From a virus (Duplodnaviria; Caudoviricetes), in IMG/VR virus record IMGVR_UViG_3300020470_000012, positions 1 through 53,434 of that record: DNA of 53,434 nt; one strand, given 5' to 3'. The stretch's first letter is position 1. Every line of letters begins with the position of its first letter. A program made the position numbers and the translations under genes. The notes beneath the pieces were generated by a model, which searched no databases, was not told the DNA's origin, and worked only from the letters and a program-made list of their open reading frames with translations. This document shows positions 15,101 through 27,100 of the stretch, one piece after another.

Positions 15101-18100
15101 TGCTGGTACAAATTATCAGGATGGCAATCAATTCTTCAATCCTAAATGGGGTACTGGAGATAGATTCTATGTTGATAATACAGATACTCAAGGTGCTGGA
15201 TTTTCAGCAGAAGTTTCTTCTATTCTTCCCAAAGATCCAGATGGTAAGATTGTACATGTAGGTAGTATTGTTGCTAATGATATCATTGGAAAACTTGATT
15301 CTAGACAACAAAGACTAAAAGTTCCTTCTCCTACAATTATTCCAGGTACTAATAGACTGGTTTATAATAGGATATCTGAAGGTGATGAGATTACAGATAA
15401 TACTGTTTTAGAGCAGAGTTTTGAAACTTCCGTTGATATTGATGAAAAAGTAACAAATATTCAACTTCGTGCTAGAAATCTTGAAAATCTTAGCACAGGA
15501 ATGACATTAACACTTGAAGATGAAATAGTATATGTAAGTGGTACTCCAACTAATAATACTAAGTTTGTAAATGTTAGAGTTTCTTCTACAGAGCAATTAT
15601 CTAGTGATTTACCAATAACATCAGGATCACAAAAAGGATTCTATTATCAATATTTAAATGGATCATATGCATTTGATGAAATTTATGTTGATTCTCAAAA
15701 TGTTAGTTATAAGATTGGTAAGATTATAGGACTTGATAGAACTGCAAAGGTAATGCAGCTTGAGATGTATATTAATCCTGTTACTGATAATTACTATACA
15801 TTTACTGTTTCATCTACATTCAATCAGGCATTATATAACAATGCTGGTGGATATGAACATTCAATTAGTGTTGCTGATGTTGGATTTACAGGAATTGCTG
15901 CTGCAGCTGCACTTTATAATGGAACTGGATCAGCAAGTAGATTCTCTTCTTCAATACAATCACCAACTACAGAAACAAATTTATGGGGTGGTGCTAATAA
16001 TTACAACTATTTTGGTGAAGCACGTGCAGGGGATTTTGAATTTTCAAAGCAAGTTCCAGTAATTCGTTCATGGGATTCTTCTAAAGCAGTTCCTCATGGA
16101 TCAGGAGTTACTTTAAAAAGTCAAGTACCTACAGGGGTTATATCTGATTATACTGTAAAGATTTCTGTTGTTGGTGTATCCAGCATGGATGCATGGAATG
16201 TCGGGACTTATATAAAGGGAGCAGATTCTCAATGTGAAGGAAGAGTTGTAAAAGTAGAAAAAACAAGTCCAACTGAAGGTTATCTTTATATACAGGATAT
16301 AAAGTCAGGTCCAAATGCTGGAGACCTTCCTAGGTTTGGAAATTGGGATGGTACTAATTTTACTGGTGAAACTGTTAATGAAATTGGAATTGGTGCAACT
16401 AATACTATAGATGGTGGAGTTATTACGAGTTATAATCCAATAACACAGACCACTACACAACTTACTAAAACAATAGAAAATCTTGATACAATTTTACATG
16501 TAGCAAATCCTGACGCTTTCCCACTCGATAGGTATATTGCTATTGGTGTTGAAAAAATGCGAATTGTCTCTAGAGATCTGGAGAATAAAACATGGACAGT
16601 TGCTAGAAAACAGTTAGGAAGTGCATATCCTACTAGTGGTAGTCACTTAAATGGTACAGTAATTGAGATTTCAAATTCTGCAGGAACATTTACTGCAGGT
16701 TCTGATAAGTATTATGCAACGGTAGATTTATATAATGCTCAGACATTTACTTCATCAAGTACATTCAAAGATCAAGATGACCAAAATATTGATGTAGAAG
16801 AAGCAATATTGAATCCAATTACTGCTGATCAACGTAATATAACATTTGGTCCTACTAATTTTGATTTCTTCAATTTAGGAAATGTTATAAAGATTGGAAC
16901 AGAATTTATTCGTTTAGATGGAGTTGCTGGAAATATATTCCATGCTACTAGGGGATTTAATAATACTACAGCACAAGAACATGCTCATGATAGTTCAATA
17001 ACAAATCAGAGTGAACTTCAAGCTACTGTTACTGTAAGAGAAAAAGAAAATGGTGTTGATATTGGACCTATTTCTCATGGATTAGATGAATCTGATATAG
17101 TTGAAATATTTGGTGATCCATCAGAAGATGAAACTTCTAAAACGTTAGTTGAAGTAAAATTTGATGGTTCTGCTAATAGATTTAGATTTAAGAGTATTCA
17201 TACTAATGATACATTTGAATCTAATCCAAATCTAACTTTTGTATATGGTCATACATATGAATTTGATGTATCTGATCTAAGTAACCAAACTACTATATTA
17301 TCATTCTATAATGATGATTTGTATACTGATGAGTATGCTGTTGACAGAAATGGTACTCCAGGTAATGCTAATGCTAAGGTAACGTTATCGATAACTGATA
17401 CTTCTATTGCAAATTTATTCTATGATAATTCAAATAGTTCTATAACAGATAGTAATCCAAAAGTTAATTTTGTTGAAGATCCTTATAATGTTTCTGGAAC
17501 TTCTATATTCAATGTTACAGAATCTACTTTTGATTATATTGTCAAACGTAGGGTAGAAGGTTCTGCTAGAGGAACTAAAAAGATGGGAGTTGTTACTCCA
17601 AACGTTTTTGGAGAAATTGCTAATGTTAATATTCTAAATCAAGGTTATGGATATGAATCTCTTCCTATCATAAAGGGTATATCTTTAAGAGATGAAGATA
17701 AAATACGTTATACAATTACTGTAGATGAAGATAACGGAGCGATTACTTCAGTTGATGTAGTTTATGGTGGTAAAAGATATATAAGTCCAACAGTATATGT
17801 TATTGGAAATGGAACTGGTGCTAAATTGATTACTGATACTTTAGCTGGATCAGTTCGTACTATTAGAGTAGAAGATGGAGGTCTTGGATATTCAACTGGT
17901 ACTGAATTGCTTTTGGTTGAAGAAGATGAAAGAAATGTAAGAGTTCTTCCATCATCTTCTACTATCGGTAAAGTTATTGGACTCAATATAACAAATCCTG
18001 GTGCTCGTTTCTCCAATAACTTCACAATGGTTCCTGAGACTACTATTCCAACTTCAATGCAGTTGGTAAATCTCGGTAATGATAATCCAGATTCTCCCAA

Positions 18101-21100
18101 GAGATATGAGTTTGGTGAAAGAGTATATCAAGGTGATGTTAATAATCCTTTAGTTACTGGTATAGTTGTTGATTATAATGAAATAAATCAGACTCTTAGA
18201 GTAAAGAGTGTTGTTGGGGAATTTTTGGTAGGAGTACAACTAAGAGGATATCTTTCTGGAACTATATCTACACCTCAGACAGTCAATGCTGCTTCTATCC
18301 AGTCTACTATTGATGCTATTACTAGTATTAGTGGATTCTTCTCAGATGACTTAGGTAAACTAAGTACGTCATCTCAGAAGATTCAGGATTCCTATTTCTA
18401 TCAGGATTTCTCTTATGTTATCCGTTCTCAGATACCAGTATCCGACTGGAGAGAAATTATCAAGGATTCTACTCATCCTGCAGGTTTCTTAGTATTTGGT
18501 GAAGTTATTCTCGATTCTTCAGCAAGTGTAACTACTGTTCCTCTTGGTGGTAGTACAACTTGTCCTCCAAATGTACACAAATTTACTTTTGATACTAAAG
18601 CAGATATTGTAGCTGATTATACATCATCATATTCATGGGGAACAACATTGTTCTTGAGAAATGGTGCAGATATTAAAGTTGGAGATTCATTCAAATTCTA
18701 TCAGGATAGTTTTGATTATGAATTGAAATGGAAGGCAATAAATGCTGCTGGTGATATTATTGAGGGTAAATTAGTTGATCAGAAGATATATTATATAACT
18801 GATGCAATAAATGATGGATTAGGTAATGCACATGTAAAAATATCTTTGTATCATCCAAACGATACATTTGCTGACGCTGAACATAATAGAGAAAGATTTG
18901 ATTTATCTTTACAACCAACTTTAGGTTCTTATCTTCCAAACTTTACTTGTGATTCACAGAATCCATATAAACAGATTACTATTGAAGTATTCAAAGAGTT
19001 TATTGATATTGATCCTACAATTCCAATGGAATTGACAGATTCACTCAAGACTGTTCAAATCAATAAGTTCTTTAGAATGGTTGAGAGACCTGGTATGGGT
19101 TCTCTAATATCTGCTGAAGGAACAGTTGCTATTGATCTATCATATGTTGATGATATCACTGCTAATATTGATGGTATCAAGAAAATATATGATATTAGAG
19201 AAGAAGGATCTTTAATTTCTCCTTGGAGTGATAATTCATTACTTGTTACTATTGATGGTGTAGGGCAGGAACCTGGAAAGGCATTTACAATTATCAATGA
19301 TAGAAAGATTGAGTCATTAGAAATTACAAGTACTGGTGATGGTTCATTAGAGTATGATTCTTGGAAGATAACTAGTGGTTCAACAGATATTGATAATGGT
19401 GTTACTGTTGTAAGTGGTACTGCTGATGTTAAGCAAGTATATAAAGACGAAGAATTCATTTATATAACTTCGCAAGGTGTTCCATCATATACAGCAACTC
19501 TAGGTCCTTATAGTGGACTAAACCCCTCTTTCCAAGACTATATCAAGAGAATACCAACTGAGGTATTTGCTCCTGTAGATAAGGAACCTACTCCATTAGG
19601 AGTTATTGGAATATTTGCTAATGGAACCCTTTTACAAAACAGTACATTAGAAACAACATATAATAATAAAAATAAGTGGACTATAACTGAGGTTGGATCT
19701 AGCCCACTATCTGATGAATTTGGTGGCATGGCAAATACTAGAGGGCAGTATTATCAGGCATGTAATCCAATAGGATTGAGAAGACAGTTGAATGATAATA
19801 TGACATCATCTGGAGCTTATGCAGAAGATGCTACAACTCCAACACATTCACCTATCCTTGGATGGATGTTTGATGGTACTCCAATATATGGACCTTATGG
19901 ATATACAGATCCTCATTCTGCTATATCTGCTGTAAAGAGAATAGAAAGTGGATATTCTACTAGACAAATTGGTACTAGAAATACTTTTATTGATGGAACA
20001 ATTCTTACAGGAGATGATATTGGTCCCCCAGTAGACTCAGTTGAATTTAATGTAGTAGGATTTGTTCCGTTTGCTGGTGCTACTGATGAATTCCTTCCTG
20101 GTGCTGTACTTACTCAAGTAAACAGTCAAACAGATGATACTGTAGTTTCTGGTGTAAGTGGAATTGTTCAATCATTTGATCCTATTACAGGAAAAGTTCT
20201 AATCGCATCTGTGAATGGTGTATTCAGCCAAAATATGTGGGTCAAGAGTCCTACTGCTTGGTGTCAGATTAGTAACGTTCCTATCATATACAATATTGGT
20301 TACTTTGTAGAAGATTATAGTTATAGTTCAACAGGTGCAGACCTTGATGTTTATAATGGAAGATTCTGTGTAACTCCAGAATTCCCTGAAGGTAGATATT
20401 GTTATTTTGCAACTATAAAGAATGAAAATTATACTTATTCTACAACTAGTACTCCAGAATTGAATGCAGCATATCCATTTGTAGTTGGTCCGAATTTATA
20501 CCATAAGTTCTATCAAGAAAATCAACTTACTAAAGGTGAATTAGCATCTAAGATTATATTTGCAAATCCACCTAAAGAAATTATTGATAGTTCTACAGGT
20601 CATACTCAAACTCAGAAGTTTGTAGCTAGAAAATTTGGATTCTCTGATGTACCTAACAATAGGAATTTCAATAAGAAATTTGTTGATATTTCTCCTCAGT
20701 TTGATGGATATAAGACAACATTTGCATTACAATATAATGCTCAACAACCAAACTTTGCTCCTACTGATCCAATAGAACCAAGTGAAAATGCTTTAGTGTT
20801 CATGGATGGTATTATTCAGATACCTGGAGTTGATAAATCATATACCATAGATGATGTTGCCAATACAATAACTTTCAGTACTCCTCCTAAGAGAATTGGT
20901 AAGTTGATTAATATGAGTGAAATTGCTGGAATTCTAAATTTCAGAGAAAATGAGATTGTAGTTGGTAAAACAAGTGGAGCAACAGGAAGAGTTATTAATA
21001 GAACTCCTCTTGGATATGAAGGAAAGGGTGTACTAAAAGTTGAAGTACTAACTAAAGATTTTGTTGATGGGGAAAATATTACTGCTCCAGCAGTTTCTGG

Positions 21101-24100
21101 TGATGTAGAACCAAGAACAGGAAAGGATACAACTGGTGCTGTAATTCAATTAGGTAATCTTAATGTAAGCGGAGCTTCTTATGATCCTAATACAGGAGAA
21201 ATGATTCTTACAGTTAGTGATGTGAATCATTTGGTTGAAGATTTGAATGGAAATCTAATCAGTACTCCTATTACTACAAATGATGTTCTTAATATTAGAT
21301 ATAAATCTATAACATTTACTTGTTTCCAAGATAACCATCAAACTGAGCATAGTTATCCACGAGCAGGAGATCCAGCTCATCGTCAAAATTTGAATATTAC
21401 AGCAGTAGGTGCTCAGACTATTACTGTGAATGTAGGTGTATCTCCAAATAAAACAACTCATCTTTTTGTCAATGCATCTAATCCTGCAGTATTAGTCAAT
21501 GGAAAGACATTTGGTCGTCAAGAAATTGATACTCCTATAAACCTAAAAGGAACAGTAACTGCTAAGGATAGATTCTTAGATGCTGCAAACCTTCTTGAAG
21601 CAAACAAACAATTGATTGCTGAAGAATCTGTTTTAGCAATGTTGGATTATCCTGCATATAAAGGATCATTCTCAGTAGCATCAAATCAAGGTGGTAATTA
21701 TACACACCGTTTTGAAAGTGGTGTTACTAATGCTATTACTGCTAATGATGGTTCACAATATACTGCTGTTACCAATACAACTTATAACCCTGCATCTGGA
21801 TTCCTAACATTAGATATTGGAACTCATACTTTGACTACTGCTAATACAATTACTATTGATGATGGTGGAGTCACATTTAGTTGTGCTAAGGATAATAATG
21901 CTACAAATCATGCATATCCAAGAGCAACTGATCCTGCATCTGGGCAGTCATTAGCAATTACTGCTGCTGTTGGTGATACTATTACTGTAAATGTTGGATC
22001 ATCCCCATTTAATAATCAAGATTGTATTGATGATGTAAAGGATGTTATCTCTGCTATTGTTGATAATATTAGATTTGGTGGAAATGATGAAGTTTATGAT
22101 GCAGCAGACCTTTATGTAAATGGAGGGGTATTACAGCATCTTGTAGGTGAGGAAGAACCATCTAAATTAGCATTCAGGTGGGCAAAGGATCTTTGTGTTC
22201 TTGCTATGCAGAACAAGTTGAATGATTATAATAAACTTGGTACTGCTAATGGTTATTCTTCAATTGATAATGCTTCTACCAATAAGATGATTGATGGAGC
22301 AAATCTAATAGAATGGAATAAAGATCTAATTGCCCATGAAGCATTAGAAAGAATGTCTGCTCAATATCCTACTTACACTTACAATAGTGGATATACATCT
22401 GATGATTGTTTAGATGATTTGAAAGATACTCTTGATTGTATGATCTTCAATATGACTTATGGTGGAAATAATAAGACTTGGGATGCTGCAAACTTCTATG
22501 CTCAAGGTGCATATATTGTAACTGGAAAAGAGACAGAAATTGTTTATGCATTCAATGCTGCAAAGGATATTTCTTCTGAAGTTTGTCGTAATATTCTTGT
22601 GAATATTACAGGAAGTCATGGATTCACTCAGCATACTAATGCTACAATCACTGATTCTACAATTACTTCATTCACACCATCTGCTGCAACCTATAATCCA
22701 ACATCAGGTGAAATGGTTCTAACAATAGCCAATCATGGATTAACTTCAGCAAATACTATTGAGATAGATACAGATTCTTTAGAATTTACTTGTTCTATGG
22801 ATAATAATGCTACTAAGCATACCTATCCTAGATCTTCAGATCCTTCTAACAGTAAAGCATTAGAAATTCTCAATTCTACTACAAATACTATTACTGTAAA
22901 TGTTGGATCATCTCCTTTAGAAACTTATAATATAACTGATGCTGATTATAATGAGACTAGTGGTGATATGGAGATTACTATTGGTGATCACAACTTTATT
23001 GAAGGTTCTGGTATAAAGTTAGCTGCCAATTCACTAACCTTTACTTGCCTAAAAGATTTCAATGTAACTGAACATTCATATCCTCGTACAACAGATCCAG
23101 TTTATGATAAGTCTATTCCAATCAAGAGTATTGGTACAATACCATATAGTATAAGTGATGCGGATTATAATCCAGAAACAGGAATAGTTACTTTGACTGT
23201 ACCTGGTCAATCATTTACTAATCCAACAAGGCATACTGCAGAGAGTGCTTCTTATAATCCTTTAACAGGTGAATTGACTGTCACAGTTGGTACTAATAAT
23301 ACCTTTAAAGTTTCTGACATGATTAGGATTGCTCCTAATTCAATGTTCTTTACATGTACTATGGATGCTAATGCTACACAACATTCATATCCTCGTCTTT
23401 CCGATCCTGTAGCAAATAAGTGGTTGCCTATTAGTGGAGTATCTACTTCTTCATTCACTGTAAATGTTGGTACATCTAATATTAGTGGATATGATGTATC
23501 AGATTCTACATATAATCCTACAACTGGAGATCTAACTTTAGATATTGGTCCTCATAATTTAGACATAGGAACATCAATTAGAATTGGAAAGGATTCTTTG
23601 AGATTTACATGTGATATGGATAATAATGGTAGTTATCATACTTATCCAAGATCAACTGATCCTTTCTATGATAAAGCAGTCAATATTAGTGCTAAATCAT
23701 CTACCACGATAACTGTCAATGTTGGAACTACTCCTCTTGCAAGTCATAATGTTACTGATGCTACCTATGATACAACTTCAGGTAATCTGCAGTTGGAGAT
23801 TGGATCTCATACCTTACAGGTTGGTGAGAGTATTAGATTGCAACCAGAATCTCTAACATTTAGTTGTGCATTCAATGGTGCTTCAGGTGCTGCTGCTGAG
23901 AAGGCATATCCTCGTGCAACAGGTGCTACTACCAATACTGGTGCTGATTATGCATATAATACTGCTCTTGAAATTATTTCAATAACTTCAACAAAAATTA
24001 CCGTAAATGTAAATGGTGGTCAAGGTGCTATAAGCAATAGTGATGTTCATACATTTGTATCAGCAACTTCTGGTGCTGTGGTCTCAGGTGGTAATTATCC

Positions 24101-27100
24101 ACACACATATGTAAATCAATCTAATACATTTACACCAACTGGTGCATCATATAATCCAACAACAGGTTTTATGACACTAACTGTGAATGATCATAAGTTT
24201 GGTAATGGCGATCATATAAGAATTGCTGATAATTCCATTGTAATGACATGTACTCATGGTAGTGGGCAGAAATCATATCCAAGAATTAGTGATCCTGTTA
24301 GTGGTAAGTGGATACCAGTTTCTAATGTAACTGCAAATACATTTGATGTTCAAGTTCTAGATTCTGCTCCATCTACTAATACTACTCCTCACACATTTAT
24401 TTCTGCACAAACTAATTGTATAGAAAGAGCTGTTGTTAGTACAGGTGGAAATTACGCACATACATTTATTGATGCACTTGCTGGAGGAATTGAGAAAGCA
24501 ACTCAATTGGTAAAATTAGATGATAATGCATTGATGTTCCAATGTGCTATGGATGATTATGCAACAAATCATACTTATCCTCGTCCTTCTGATCCATATA
24601 ACTCAAGATGGCTTCCTATAAGTGGAGTTGATGGAGATAATTTTGATATTCAAATTGGAGTTTCTCCAAATAAATCTAAACATAAATTTATAACTGCAGA
24701 ACCTAATAGTCTAAAAATACAAGATGGTAAAATTACAATCAATGTAGGAAGTTCATCTTTACCTACTGATCATCACCCTCATACATTTGTAAGAGCAACT
24801 GATGGTGCATTGATTAGTGGTGGTAGTTATACACATTCATTCAGTTCTGCTAAGGATAATTGCATTACTGCAAGAACTATATTGCCTACTTTAGCTCCAA
24901 CTGATGCAACATATGATGCTACTACTGGAAACTTAGTAATTACATCTAAGGATCATGGATTAACAACTAATGATAGAATTAGTATTACTCCAAATTCAAT
25001 GAACTTTACATGTTCAATGGATGGCAATTCAACAGAGCATAGTTATCCTCGTAAGTCTGATCCAGTTGCTGCTGCTGTAATACCTGTTGCAACAATCAAT
25101 AATTCTGATACATTTACAGTGAATGTAGGTGCTTCACCAACAGTAAATCATAATGTTTCTAATGCAACTTATGATTCTGTTACAGGTAATATGATACTTA
25201 CTATTGGAAATCATACTTTGAATAAAGGGACATCAATCAAGTTAGCAGATAATTCACTAACATTTACATGTGCTAAAGATGGTAATGCTACTAATCACAC
25301 ATATCCCAGAACAGATATAATCAATAAAAATATTGATACTGCTTCTTATAATCCTGTTACAGGTATATTGAGTATTACCAGTACTGGTCATGGATTCTCT
25401 AATGGAGAAACTGTAAAGATTGCTAATAACTCTATTACGATGAAATGTTTGATGGATGGTAACTCAGTAAATAAAAATTATCCAAGATCAACAGATCCTA
25501 TTAGTGATAAATGGGTTGAAGTACAAAATGCACTTACAGATACATTTGATATATTTGTTGGTAAATCTCCTTTAGTCAAATATACACCTGGTCCTGGAAC
25601 TACATATGATCCTAATACAGGTCTTGTAGTTCTCAACATAGGACCACATAATTTAGTTGGTGAGAAGAAATTTACTCCTGCTGCTGGTACAACATACAAT
25701 CCTAATACAGGTATTCTGTCTGTTAGACATGTAGATCATGGACTAATTGTTGGTGATCAGATTAGAATAGCACCTAATGCAGTTACTTTCACATGTTTGG
25801 AAGATAATAATCAGACTAATCATTCTTATCCACGTCCTTCTGACCCTGTTGCTAATAAAGTAATAGACGTTGTTGCTGTGACTGCTGATACATTTGATGT
25901 TCAAGTTTTAGATACTATACCTTCTACTAACGTTACAGATCATACATTTGTATCTGGTATTGCTAATAGCATCACAAAGGCAGGTCATTCTATTAAACTT
26001 GCTGCTGATGCATTGAAGTTTACTTGTGCTAAAGATAATCACGCAACATTCCATACATACCCAAGACCAAGTGATCCTAATTTCAATACTGCAATCGACA
26101 TAAAAGACGTTACTGATACAACTATAACAATACAAGTATTGAATACTATTCCATCTACTAACACCTCAGATCATATATTCATTGAGGCAACTGCTGATTC
26201 AGTTATTGCTGGTGGTAATTATACACATACATTTGTATCAGCAACCACTAATGCAATTAGTCATAGAAAAGATAATGCATATGATAATTCTATTGAGATT
26301 ATTCAGGATGGATCACTTCATACTGTAACAGATGCCACTTATAATCCAATAACAGGAAAAATGGTAGTTACTGTTCCTACTCATGGATTTAGTAATGGTG
26401 ATCATATCAAGTTTAATAATGGTTCCTTGAAGTTTGAATGTACATTTGATACTACTATTGTTCAATCCTATCCAAGACCAACTGATCCTTACAGTAATAA
26501 GTGGTTATCTATAACTTGGATTGATAATGATACGTTTGAAGTCTTTGTAGGAAAATCTAGTAACACCACTAAACATACATTTGTAACTGCAGACACAGAT
26601 GGTCTAACAAGAAATAATGGTCAAATTACAATCAATGTTGGGGTTGCTGAAGTTGCTGAACAGTATACACATACATTTGTATCAGCAACTCCTAATGCTG
26701 TAATTTCTGGTGGTAATTATGCACATACATTTGTAAGTGCCTATAGCAATGCAATTAAAGTTCTTGGTTATGATACTAATGATTGTGCTGATGTAGTTTC
26801 CGCTATAGCATCACTCAATAGTATTGTTACTAATGCAATTACAACTCCATCATCCTTATCAAGTGTTGTAAGAACTCCTCCTAATGCATATCCATTGAAA
26901 TATACAAATTCTGATAATTTGGTATTTGATAATGATATTGCAATAGATCCTGCTTCAAGAAATTATACTGTGTCTTGTGCTGATGTTGCATCTTCTATCA
27001 GTACTTTGATGGATATCATTATCAATACTATTGATAATCCAGCATCTTTTGCTTCTGTTGTTAGGACTCCTAAGAGATCTTATATTGAAAAGAAAGGAAT

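Noticed and set aside
21160-26765. Repeats as a diversity-generating retroelement template/variable pair or an invertible cassette
   Set aside because: Copies diverge at all bases rather than only adenines; no reverse transcriptase or recombinase in the window; no flanking inverted repeats noticed.
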